This document shows positions 16,471 to 24,673 of a DNA stretch of 39,858 nucleotides, piece by piece; the first letter of the stretch is position 1, and each line of letters starts with the position of its first letter. The notes beneath the pieces are model-generated. The model searched no databases and was not told where the DNA came from. It saw only the letters and a program-made list of their open reading frames with translations. The stretch comes from Candidatus Hadarchaeota archaeon (GTDB lineage Archaea; Hadarchaeota; Hadarchaeia; Hadarchaeales; Hadarchaeaceae). The DNA is taken from NCBI GenBank assembly GCA_964575725.1, contig CAZNRG010000002.1:1-39858 (forward strand), read 5' to 3'. A program made the translations under genes and the position numbers.

Positions 16471-18072
16471 TCACTTCCTCTTAATCTTTGCGCCCGCCAT
16501 CATCAGCCCTATCTTCTCCACTCTTGCCTTTGCGGCGTCCATGGTGCCCACGATCTTTCCCTCAAACATAACAGCGATGCGGTCGCTCAGGTGGAATATC
16601 TCCTCCAAGTCCTCGGAGACAAGCAGGATTGCAGTCCCCCTTTTCTTCAGCTTTAAAAACAGCTCGTGGGTATGCTCAATCGCCTTGAGGTCTAGCCCGT
16701 AAGTCGGGTGCGTAGCCACGATCAAGCGCGGCTCCCACCAAGTCTCCCTAGCTAGGATTAGCCTCTGAATGTTCCCCCCAGAAAGTATTCTAGTTTCAGT
16801 TACCCATAGATCCGGCACTAGTATGTTGTACTCGGAAACCATTTTTTCAGAGTGTTTGGTTATGAAAGAGGGCTTGAGGAACGACCTTTTGGAAAAGGGT
16901 GAACGTCGGTAATCCTTCATGATAAGGTTCTCGGCCACGGTCATCCCCTCGGCGGTCCCAACCCTCCTGCGCTCCTCGGGGATGTGGGCCACACCCCTGT
17001 CCGCGATATCCCTAGGCGAGCGATTAGTCATATCCTTCCCGAAGATGACCACCTTGCCCTTTGCAACCTTCCGTAAACCGGTGATGGTCTCTACGAGTTC
17101 GCTCTGACCATTGCCGGCTATGCCAGCTATACCTAACATCTCCCCCTCTCGCACAGTCAAGGATATGCCCCTCACGGCTGGCACTCCTCGCTCACCGAGT
17201 ACATGGAGATCCTTAACCTCCAGCGCTATTTTTCCTGCCTTGGCGGGTTTTCTCTTGGGGAGCGATATCTCGGCGCCCATCATCATCCTTACCAGTTCCC
17301 GTCTATTCGTCTTGGAGATTTTCCTTGTCCCTACCAGCTTGCCCAGCCTGAGCACAGTAACCCTATCCGCGACCTCCAGCACTTCTTCGAGCTTGTGGGC
17401 GATGAAGACAACCCCCTTGCCTTCTGCAGCCATCCTGCGCAGAACCTTGAACAAGCTCTTGGACTCCGGGGGAGCGAGCACCGAGGTTGGCTCGTCCAAA
17501 ATGAGTACTTGGGGTTCGTGGTAGAGAACCTTGAGTATCTCAACGCGCTGCTGCTCCCCAGCTGATAGTTCCTCTATCCTCGCCTTTGGGTCCACTTTCA
17601 GACCGTATCTCTCGGATAATTCCTCAAGTTTCTTCTTGACCTCAGAGAGGGGAAAGGAAAAATTGGATCTGGAGAGGCCCAGAGCAACGTTTTCCGCGAC
17701 GGTAAGCGGGCGGGCCAGCGTGAATTCTTGGTGTATCATGCCTATTCCGAGCTCCAAGGCGTCTTTTGGGGATTTTATTGAGGCGAGCTTCCCCTTGACG
17801 TAAATTCGCCCCTCCGTGAGGCTGTAGAATCCGGATAGGACGTTCGCCAAGACGGTCTTGCCAGCCCCATTTTCCCCAAGCAGCGCGTGAACTTCGCCGG
17901 CTTTCACGTCGAAGTTTATGCGGTCAAGGATGAGATGTTCCCAGACACCGGGGAATCCCTTGGCGATCCTCTCCGCCCGCACGAGGGTCTCCCCTCGCCT
18001 CGGCTTTCGGGCAACGACGGGTTTTCCGCCTTTTCTTTTTAGAGGTAAGAGCTTCTTTAGAGGGTTTATCAT
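16471..18072 (-). CDS. ABC transporter ATP-binding protein with two ABC domains (BMP/sugar type)
   Basis: Walker A is 'GENGAGKT' in domain 1 and 'GIAGNGQS' in domain 2. Signature motifs are 'LSAGEQQR' and 'LSGGNIQR'; Walker B is 'LILDEPT'. I prefer ATG 18072 (MINPLKKLL...) because the paralogous stub at 22050 starts at the equivalent point. Confidence 0.9.
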   Translation of the reverse strand: MINPLKKLLPLKRKGGKPVVARKPRRGETLVRAERIAKGFPGVWEHLILDRINFDVKAGEVHALLGENGAGKTVLANVLSGFYSLTEGRIYVKGKLASIKSPKDALELGIGMIHQEFTLARPLTVAENVALGLSRSNFSFPLSEVKKKLEELSERYGLKVDPKARIEELSAGEQQRVEILKVLYHEPQVLILDEPTSVLAPPESKSLFKVLRRMAAEGKGVVFIAHKLEEVLEVADRVTVLRLGKLVGTRKISKTNRRELVRMMMGAEISLPKRKPAKAGKIALEVKDLHVLGERGVPAVRGISLTVREGEMLGIAGIAGNGQSELVETITGLRKVAKGKVVIFGKDMTNRSPRDIADRGVAHIPEERRRVGTAEGMTVAENLIMKDYRRSPFSKRSFLKPSFITKHSEKMVSEYNILVPDLWVTETRILSGGNIQRLILARETWWEPRLIVATHPTYGLDLKAIEHTHELFLKLKKRGTAILLVSEDLEEIFHLSDRIAVMFEGKIVGTMDAAKARVEKIGLMMAGAKIKRK

Positions 18073-18212
18073 ACAATACAATGATGGCCCCACACTCACT
18101 TATCTTTTACTAGTGTATGTTAGACCGCGTTGCAGAGACCCACACTTAGCTTGACTACTTATCTTCGCCCTTCCCTGAGTTTGAAGTGTTCGAAAGGGTT
18201 CACGCTTTCCGG

Positions 18213-18893
18213 CTAAGCAAAACTTACGGCGATGCCCCTCATGATGTCAGAGACATCTTCGCATCGATCGGCCACGTTTTCCATGTTGTCGATTATCTCC
18301 CTTAACATAAGGGAAATACCCAAGCTCCTCGAACGATCGCAGAAAGCGAGGATCTCAGGCAACATCACCTCCGCCCGGAAATCATCTATTTTTTCCTCCA
18401 TCTCCTCAACGGCCTGTGCTAGCGCGAGGGTCTTGCTTGGTTTCTTGATGAGCGTTTCAAACACATCCCTTGTCAACTCAGCTATTCTGAGGAGGTTGTC
18501 GGAGAATTCCTTTAACCTTCCCCTCAAACTCTCACCAAGCTTTTTAGGTGGGATGAAGTTCAACTTTCTTGATGCCGCCTTCGCGTTATCGGCAACGTCC
18601 TCGGCGGTTAGAATAAGTCTTATGATTTCTTCACGGTTTATTGGGTGAAATATCCCCTTGGAAAGCTCCTTGAGGATCCCCCTCTTGACCTTGTCGGCTT
18701 CTCGCTCTTCCTTGAAGACTTCCTTGTAAGCAATGCTCGCCTTCCTCGCATCGAGGTCGCAAAACGCGTAGATGGTTTTTCTCATCCCCGCAACTGTTTT
18801 CACGACTATGCCCAAATGATTCTTACAAAACCCGAGGACTTTTCTTTCTTTTTGCCTTCCCAGCCACACGGCGGAGCTCGTGGATTTAAACAT
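18213..18893 (-). CDS. DUF47 / PhoU-like phosphate transport regulator
   Basis: A helical protein directly downstream of a PiT gene, which is the classic pairing. I prefer ATG 18893 (GAAGGGGA upstream, 14 nt after the PiT stop) over the overlapping track start at 18980. Confidence 0.75.
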   Translation of the reverse strand: MFKSTSSAVWLGRQKERKVLGFCKNHLGIVVKTVAGMRKTIYAFCDLDARKASIAYKEVFKEEREADKVKRGILKELSKGIFHPINREEIIRLILTAEDVADNAKAASRKLNFIPPKKLGESLRGRLKEFSDNLLRIAELTRDVFETLIKKPSKTLALAQAVEEMEEKIDDFRAEVMLPEILAFCDRSRSLGISLMLREIIDNMENVADRCEDVSDIMRGIAVSFA

Positions 18894-18907
18894 CGCGTCA
18901 TCCCCTT

Positions 18908-19921
18908 CTAGATTAATATCGAAACGAGCCCATATAAAGCGGCACTCATTAGGGCCACGATAGGAACAGTCAAAATCCATGAGGCTGCTATTTTGGTGAC
19001 GATCGCCCTATCGACGCCGCCCATCCCTCTGATCAAACCAACCCCAATGATGGCCCCTATGCTGCTGTGGGTTGTAGATATCGGGATCCCCCACCCAAAC
19101 AGGATGAATGGAATCGTCGTAAACAGTAAAACCACTATCACGTTGGAAAACTCCGCAGCAAGGCCCGTGAGTGGCGTTAGTCGCGTGATCCGCCTTGCCC
19201 CAGTTATAATTACCCTACGGCCCCAAGTGAGCCCCCCAATGGCAATGCCGACGCTCCCCAAAGCTGCTAATAAAATCATCGCGCTGTAATCGGGAATCCC
19301 CCCAAGCTCTTTAGTGACAGTTACAAATATGCCGGTGGAATTTGCGATATCGTTTGCCCCGAAAGCATAAGCGGATAAACACAGAGCGGCTATTAGCATA
19401 TACTTGATGAGTCTCTCAACAGACCTCACGCTCAAGCGGCCCGACATTTTACCGAAAAATGCCTTGAAAACGGGATATAGTCCAAGGGCCAAGGCGATGG
19501 CTAAGATGGGCGTCACGGCCATGGTTACGAGGACTATCGAGAGCACCCCCCATTCCAGGCCGTGCACACCATAGGTCAATAGGCCGTAGCCGATCACGCC
19601 CCCGATGATCGAATGCGTCGTCGATATCGGGATGCCCTTCCATGTGCAAAGTGTAATCCATATGCCAACTGCCAGGATTGTGGTGAAGGCGCCCAAGACC
19701 TCGATTCTGGGGACGATGCCCCTGTCGATCGTTTTCATCACCATGAAACCCTGGAGCAAGGCACCGATGGCCACAAAGATCGCGAATAGAAGCACCGCCC
19801 TCCGCAGGGTGATAACGCCGCTACCGACCGCGCAATCGGTGGGGTTGGCAGCGTCGTTCGCCCCCATGCTCCAAGCTACGTAAAAAGCTAGCGCAATGCC
19901 GACGACATAGATGATAATCAT
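18908..19921 (-). CDS. Inorganic phosphate transporter, PiT (PHO4) family
   Basis: 'GANDAANPT' and a second 'GANDIANSTG' repeat are the PiT signatures. ATG 19921 is preceded by GGGGTGG; the alternative TTG is at 19933. Confidence 0.9.
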   Translation of the reverse strand: MIIIYVVGIALAFYVAWSMGANDAANPTDCAVGSGVITLRRAVLLFAIFVAIGALLQGFMVMKTIDRGIVPRIEVLGAFTTILAVGIWITLCTWKGIPISTTHSIIGGVIGYGLLTYGVHGLEWGVLSIVLVTMAVTPILAIALALGLYPVFKAFFGKMSGRLSVRSVERLIKYMLIAALCLSAYAFGANDIANSTGIFVTVTKELGGIPDYSAMILLAALGSVGIAIGGLTWGRRVIITGARRITRLTPLTGLAAEFSNVIVVLLFTTIPFILFGWGIPISTTHSSIGAIIGVGLIRGMGGVDRAIVTKIAASWILTVPIVALMSAALYGLVSILI

Positions 19922-20050
19922 TTTCCACCCCAATTCTCAAAGCTACGATGCTTCCTTAACTTAATATGGGGTCTTGCAGTATAATTGACGTGAAATGATG
20001 CGAGAGAATGTAAAAGTCGGCATCGTTTTAGCTCCACGATCGTACTTTTG

Positions 20051-20683
20051 TCAGCCCCCCTCTTCGCGGATTAATTTCCTGCATTCATCAACAGCTTTCA
20101 TAAAATCACCGGCGTAGGAATCCGCACCCATCTCCTTAGCTATTTCCTCCGAGACAGCCGTGCCTCCGATTATGACTTTGACATTCCCCCTCAGGCCCTC
20201 TGTCTTCAGGCGCCTGAGAACCCAGCTCATCGCATAAATCGCCGGCGAAAGTCTAGCTGACATGGCGAGTATATCGGCCCCCTCTTCTCTCACGACTTCG
20301 ATAAATCTCTCTGGCGGGACGAGGACCCCTAGATCAAGGACCTCAAACCCCGCTGACCTTAACCAAGCAGCCACCATATTCTTTCCAACCTCATGGATCT
20401 CGGGGCCGACTACTCCAATAGCTACCTTCCCAAGCTCTCCCTTAGGAAAATCAAATTCCTCTAAAACCTCTTCAAAGATTTCAGATGCGATCAAGGCTCT
20501 CGGGAGGTAAATCTCTCCGTCAACATATTTTTTGCCGATTTCCGCCATTTTCTTTGACAGGCTCTTTTTGATGTCAGCTGGTGGAACTCCCGTCGCCAAC
20601 TTTTCTTTGATGGCCTCTCCCAAGCCTCTTGGATTTAGCTCTTCTAATTTTTCCCCGATGCCTGCTAACGCTTTATTGCCCAT
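20051..20683 (-). CDS. Cobalamin-binding corrinoid protein (MtaC/MtbC-like, B12-binding_2 cap + B12-binding domain)
   Basis: The Rossmann-like block is 'KVAIGVVGPEIHEVGKNMVAAWLRSAGFEVLDLG ... VIIGG'. The His-ligand loop reads E-I-H-E-V-G instead of the canonical D-x-H-x-x-G. Confidence 0.7.
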   Translation of the reverse strand: MGNKALAGIGEKLEELNPRGLGEAIKEKLATGVPPADIKKSLSKKMAEIGKKYVDGEIYLPRALIASEIFEEVLEEFDFPKGELGKVAIGVVGPEIHEVGKNMVAAWLRSAGFEVLDLGVLVPPERFIEVVREEGADILAMSARLSPAIYAMSWVLRRLKTEGLRGNVKVIIGGTAVSEEIAKEMGADSYAGDFMKAVDECRKLIREEGG

Positions 20684-21680
20684 GTTCCTCTATCTCCTCT
20701 TTTATCGCTCTAACCTTCAGCATCGCTCCAGCTTCCGTGAAACTCCTCCCGGGATAAGGTCTATGTGTATCTGAGAAGACGAGCCGCCTCTTACCGTGCT
20801 TCGACAAAAGTCTCCTCACTATCTCCCTAATTTGGTCGGGACTTACCTCCTCCCTAAACATGATTTCTATCGGAATTCCCGTAAAGAAGACTGTCTCCTC
20901 GACGAGAGCCCTAGCCTCTACGATCGAGTCTATCCATCTCAGGGAATCTGCCAACGTGGGTTTCGGCATGAAATCAAGGGGATGGATGGCGTCGTAGATA
21001 TCCGCAAGTTTCTCCATCAAGCCTCCAACTAGAAGGTTACCATCGGTGTGCAGCTTGGAGTACTTTTCCTTTCTCTCAGCTGCGCGTGCAAACTCTCGAT
21101 GCCACCTCAAATAATCTGCCTCGATGAATTCCCTCGAATAATTTGGCCCTACATGGCTGCAGAGGTCATCTGCCACCCTGATTGCGTCCACGTAGTCTAT
21201 TTCTGCTCCCGCCTTCGCCAACTCCAAGATGTATCCGGCGACCCTGTCGTATAACGCGCGGGCTTTCTCGGGTCTTATCTCCCTTAGGGTGGAGAAGTCA
21301 AAGCGGTGGCGTGAAAGGGACGGGTAAGTAATGCCTAGAGGAAAGGAAATCGGAGGGGGCGGCATGCAGAAAAATTCGCACTGCTCGGTCGGGCCGAGAA
21401 CCTCAAAAATGACGAACCTGTCCTCGGCATATTTTTTTACATCAATCCGCTCCAGCGTGTTTTGAACTACCTCATCGGGCCCCGGCCATTTGTATTCATT
21501 TATATCTAATTTTTCGGCCCACTTGAACCGATCGAGCTCCTTCCGGGCGAATGGTCCACCTTCAGCCATGAAGGTGCCCCAATCTGGGACCCATGCGTGG
21601 CCCACCATGATATCGCCTAACTTGTACTCAACGTTCTTTTGTTCGCTTTCAAAAAGAAATGGGGGCCTTTTCGGCTCCAC
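20673..21680 (-). CDS. Uroporphyrinogen-decarboxylase-family (MtaA/URO-D-like) methyltransferase, putative
   Basis: 335 aa. Its 3' end overlaps the start of the corrinoid protein gene by 11 nt. 'KLHTDGNLLVGGLMEKLADIYDAIHPLD' resembles the H-x-x-G-N barrel strand of URO-D-like methyltransferases. The assignment is by recollection and context only. Confidence 0.45.
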   Translation of the reverse strand: MEPKRPPFLFESEQKNVEYKLGDIMVGHAWVPDWGTFMAEGGPFARKELDRFKWAEKLDINEYKWPGPDEVVQNTLERIDVKKYAEDRFVIFEVLGPTEQCEFFCMPPPPISFPLGITYPSLSRHRFDFSTLREIRPEKARALYDRVAGYILELAKAGAEIDYVDAIRVADDLCSHVGPNYSREFIEADYLRWHREFARAAERKEKYSKLHTDGNLLVGGLMEKLADIYDAIHPLDFMPKPTLADSLRWIDSIVEARALVEETVFFTGIPIEIMFREEVSPDQIREIVRRLLSKHGKRRLVFSDTHRPYPGRSFTEAGAMLKVRAIKEEIEEHGQ

Positions 21681-21905
21681 CCCCTCAAAAACCTGTCGGA
21701 CGAGATCTCTTGAGTTTATTTCATCCCCTCGTTCCTCTCAAGTCGACTATATGGGTGAGAACATCCACTTCTGCCGAAAGACTCCAACTTTGATGCACAC
21801 TCATTTTACAGTTCTTGCTGAACGCCCTTTAGGGTAGGGTGATTAAAAACATGATTGGAGCACGCGGGATGCGGTAAATATTTCGGCCGGACGCCGTTGC
21901 CGTGC

Positions 21906-22050
21906 TCAAGGATGAAGTGTTCCCAGACACCAGTGGGCCCCTTGACGATCCCCTCCGCCCGTACGAGAGCCTCCCCTCGCCTTAGCTTCTGGGTGGCCAG
22001 CTCTTCGCCTTTTTTATTTGGTGATAAAAGTTTCTTCAGAGAGCTCATCA
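21906..22050 (-). pseudogene. 5' stub of a paralogous ABC ATPase gene (first ~45 codons only)
   Basis: Nucleotides 21906-22062 align by hand with 17924-18080, the 5' end of the intact ATPase. At peptide level, 'MMSSLKKLL..RRGEALVRAEGIVKGPTGVWEHFIL' compares with 'MINPLKKLL..RRGETLVRAERIAKGFPGVWEHLIL'. Similarity stops before the Walker A motif, and the reading frame runs into unrelated sequence. Confidence 0.6.
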
Positions 22051-22133
22051 TCAAATACAGCAAGTGTAGCATCTATTTATTGCCACTATCCTAATTCTTC
22101 CGTGAACAGAACATTAGAGTGGGCGGGTCCTGT

Positions 22134-22394
22134 ATGGGTGCGGTTGAAATCGAAATAATCGGGATCCTTGCTGCTTTTTTAGTAAACGCGGCAACGATTC
22201 CGCAGGTACTGAAAACTGCCAAGACAAAGCAGGTCCGGGGCATCTCCTTACTTTTTTGGGTAATATTGTTCACGGGCGCTCTTCTCTGGGCCGTTTATGG
22301 AATTTTGACTCACGGGGTTGCCCTCATTTTGTCTAGTGTTGTTACTCTTAGTTTGTGCTTGACGATGATTGCATTCATTTTGAGGTATAGGTGA
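22134..22394 (+). CDS. SemiSWEET / PQ-loop family transporter (3-TM)
   Basis: 'IIGILAAFLVNAATIPQVLKTAKTKQVRGISLLFWVILFTGALLWAVYG' has the PQ motif, conserved Ser and W..YG spaced as in SemiSWEETs. Length is ~86 aa (91 aa if the GTG at 22119 is used). Confidence 0.75.
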   Translation: MGAVEIEIIGILAAFLVNAATIPQVLKTAKTKQVRGISLLFWVILFTGALLWAVYGILTHGVALILSSVVTLSLCLTMIAFILRYR

Positions 22395-22442
22395 CGACTG
22401 TTTTTATCGCCAAAAATTTTTCTTCAAGAGGTTCATCACGGG

Positions 22443-22450
22443 TTTATATT
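22443..22450 (+). promoter_or_regulatory. TATA box TTTATATT, implying a leaderless or near-leaderless PfkB mRNA
   Basis: The box is centred about 30 nt upstream of ATG 22477. There is no SD-like motif in between. Confidence 0.4.
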
Positions 22451-22476
22451 TTTATCTGACTTAAATTGTGCTGGGA

Positions 22477-23397
22477 ATGATCCTGCAACCGAAACTCGAC
22501 GTAATTGCGGTCGGCAACCTCAACGTTGACTTGATCGGAAAAGTCAAAAAGCTCCCTGCCCGGGACGAAAAGCTATTGCTGGAAGAGTTCGCTAGGCGGC
22601 CAGGTGGGGGGGCGGCAAACTTCGCCGTCGCATGTTCCAAGCTGGGCCTAAAATCTGGTTTCATAGGTTGCGTAGGAGACGACGAGTTCGGGAAGGAGGT
22701 CCTCACCGACCTAAGGCAGGAGGGTGTTGACACAACACGGATCAAAGTGGTCGACGCACCGACCGGGCTCGTCATTGCCCTCTCTACAGCTGAAGGCGAT
22801 CACTTCTTACTCGCGCATCGAGGCGCAAATTTGTTCTTAAAGCCCGAGGACATCAGTGCTGATTACATTAAGGGGGCGAAGCTATTGCACGCGAGCAGCG
22901 TTGCCCCCAAGATAGCACTCGCTGTTGGATCAAATGCCAAAAAACATAAAATCCGAACCTCGCTCGATTTGGGGGCTGAGTTGGCTGAGCTCAGAAAAGG
23001 TGAACTCCTCGACGTTGTTGAGCTTTTCGACATTTGTTTCATGAATCGGAGGTCGTATAAAAAGATCTTTGGAGAAATGCCAAGGAAGGAAGAGATGTTG
23101 AAAAATTTTCCCAAAAACTTAGAGGCCATGGTCGTAACCATGGGCGCCAATGGTGCGATAGCAACGGATGGCTCGAGAGTCATCATTCGCCCATCATTTA
23201 AAGTCAAAGTTAAGGATTCGACTGGCGCCGGTGATGCTTTCGCGGCTGCTTTCGATGTCATTTGGCTGCAAGGAGGAGATCTGGAAAAATCAATTAAGTA
23301 CGCGTTGGCTGAAGCCGCGATCAAGATTCAGCATATCGGAGCGAGGGCAGGATTACCCACCATGAGGGAACTCGAGGAGTTCGTTCAAACCCATTAG
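22477..23397 (+). CDS. PfkB-family carbohydrate/nucleoside kinase (ribokinase-like)
   Basis: 'DVIAVGNLNVDL', 'GGGAANFA' and 'DSTGAGDAFAAAF' are PfkB signatures. The track start at GTG 22468 would lie upstream of the predicted transcription start. Confidence 0.8.
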   Translation: MILQPKLDVIAVGNLNVDLIGKVKKLPARDEKLLLEEFARRPGGGAANFAVACSKLGLKSGFIGCVGDDEFGKEVLTDLRQEGVDTTRIKVVDAPTGLVIALSTAEGDHFLLAHRGANLFLKPEDISADYIKGAKLLHASSVAPKIALAVGSNAKKHKIRTSLDLGAELAELRKGELLDVVELFDICFMNRRSYKKIFGEMPRKEEMLKNFPKNLEAMVVTMGANGAIATDGSRVIIRPSFKVKVKDSTGAGDAFAAAFDVIWLQGGDLEKSIKYALAEAAIKIQHIGARAGLPTMRELEEFVQTH

Positions 23398-23444
23398 CCC
23401 TAGCTGGTTTTGGAACAACGCTCTTCCTTTATAATGGGCTGGTA

Positions 23445-23451
23445 TTTTTTT
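23445..23451 (+). terminator. T7 tract downstream of the PfkB gene
   Basis: GGTATTTTTTTAC lies 48 nt after the stop at 23397. Confidence 0.3.
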
Positions 23452-23489
23452 ACTCGTTAAGGAGATGATCACGGTTTCCATCAAAAATT

Positions 23490-23960
23490 TCATTCAACGG
23501 TGGAGCTTTTGGGTGCCTCTTCCCAGGGGAAGACGACCCACTTGTCCGTCTCGTACACGAAATAATCTGGTTTCAGGCGCGACCCCGGCTTGTATGCAAT
23601 GGTGGCTGTGCGTGTCTCCTTTGCCCCCTTTCCCTTTAGGTGATTAAGCACGAACTCTAAGCTCGTTCCAGTATCGGCGACATCGTCGACAACCAGTACC
23701 CTGCCCTCGACCCTTTCGACGTCTGCAAGTAACTCCAGTTTTTTCAAACGTTCATTTGCCCCCCCGTAGTACTTCACGTGGATGATGCGCAGCAACTTAT
23801 CGCCGAGCAGGTGGGAGAGCCGGACCGCGGGGATCAAACCGCCGCGCGCGACCCCTACGATAACATCCGGGTCAAAATCGCGTTTTATCGAGTTGGCTAA
23901 GGTTTTTGCTGCCCTCTCGACCTCCTCCCAGCTGAGCGTGAACAGTTCCACTTGGGACAC
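23490..23960 (-). CDS. Purine phosphoribosyltransferase, Gpt/Hpt type
   Basis: 156 aa. 'IVGVARGGLIPAVRLSHLLG' and the PRPP loop 'VLVVDDVADTGTSL' are present. The overall layout resembles E. coli Gpt. The GTG start may be leaderless. Confidence 0.75.
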   Translation of the reverse strand: MSQVELFTLSWEEVERAAKTLANSIKRDFDPDVIVGVARGGLIPAVRLSHLLGDKLLRIIHVKYYGGANERLKKLELLADVERVEGRVLVVDDVADTGTSLEFVLNHLKGKGAKETRTATIAYKPGSRLKPDYFVYETDKWVVFPWEEAPKSSTVE

Positions 23961-24002
23961 CTAGGAATTAGACTCGGAAGGGAAAATTAAAAAGATTTCT
24001 AT

Positions 24003-24051
24003 CGAGTGATCCGTGTTTGAAATGGTAACGTTTAATCACTCGGATTTCAAA
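24003..24051. repeat. Two interleaved 8-bp inverted repeats (CGAGTGAT/ATCACTCG and TTTGAAAT/ATTTCAAA)
   Basis: Arm A is at 24003-24010, B at 24016-24023, A' at 24035-24042 and B' at 24044-24051. Both pairs are perfect. The element lies in the divergent promoter gap, ending 4 nt before ATG 24056. Confidence 0.5.
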
Positions 24052-24055
24052 ATTA

Positions 24056-24238
24056 ATGTGGGTCAAAATGGGTAAAGTTGCTGGCGTTTGCGCTATGTGC
24101 GGGCGGGCGACCACCGAAGTGTACCGATGCGGGGTTTGCGGCGCCACGGTTTGCTCGCGATGCTTCATGCCGGACATCAAGGTTTGCAAGCGATGCCTTA
24201 GAAAGGGGCTCTGGGTGAGCGACCGCGGGCCTGAATAA
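24056..24238 (+). CDS. Small double zinc-ribbon protein
   Basis: 60 aa with four CxxC pairs (CAMC, CGVC, CSRC, CKRC). An alternative ATG is at 24068. No family is recognised. Confidence 0.45.
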   Translation: MWVKMGKVAGVCAMCGRATTEVYRCGVCGATVCSRCFMPDIKVCKRCLRKGLWVSDRGPE

Positions 24239-24268
24239 TTTTGTAAAAAATAGATTTGGGGATACTCC

Positions 24269-24670
24269 GTGCTCACTGAGGAAACGCTTGAGCAGGTAAA
24301 AGAACTTCTCGATGAGTTGAGAGAAAGCTCCGGCGAAGGTGTGCCGATTTTGGTCGAGGGGGCGGATGATGAAGGGGCCCTACGTAAGCTCGACGTAAAT
24401 GGACGGATTTTCAGGGCGTCAGGCAGCAGTAAAACTCTGCTAAATTTCCTCGAGAGTTTGGTGGGCTTCAAACAAATTATTATTTTAACCGATTTCGATC
24501 GCGCCGGGGACAAACTCGCAAAGTTCTGTACTGAGCACTTGAAGAGGCTTGGGGTGGAGCCGGTGGTCGAATTTCGGGGGAAACTCAAGGCGCTCCTTCA
24601 CAAGGATGTTAAAGACATCGAGGGGCTCGCGAAGTTCCTCCGCGGCCAGAGAATTGCCCTCAAGCGTTAG
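24269..24670 (+). CDS. Small Toprim-domain protein (COG1658 / UPF0292, RNase M5-like)
   Basis: 'ILVEGADDEGALRKL' carries the Toprim Glu and 'IIILTDFDRAGDKL' the DxD. Length is 133 aa. GGGGA lies 7 nt upstream of the GTG. Confidence 0.7.
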   Translation: MLTEETLEQVKELLDELRESSGEGVPILVEGADDEGALRKLDVNGRIFRASGSSKTLLNFLESLVGFKQIIILTDFDRAGDKLAKFCTEHLKRLGVEPVVEFRGKLKALLHKDVKDIEGLAKFLRGQRIALKR

Positions 24671-24673
24671 CCA

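Noticed and set aside
21806-22072. 88-aa ORF treated as a genuine small gene
   Set aside because: Only its first ~45 codons resemble anything, namely the N-terminus of the ABC ATPase. The rest is unrelated read-through ending at a chance stop. I called it a pseudogene stub instead.
24003-24051. An H-type pseudoknot as the structure formed by the interleaved repeats
   Set aside because: The linkers of 11 nt and 1 nt sit in the wrong positions for two stacked 8-bp stems. Alternative hairpins or protein-binding sites are more plausible.
23968-24588. 206-aa minus-strand ORF spanning the zinc-ribbon and Toprim genes
   Set aside because: It is Ser/Pro/Arg-rich with no motifs. It is antisense to two ORFs that do have clear motifs (four CxxC pairs; Toprim E and DxD).
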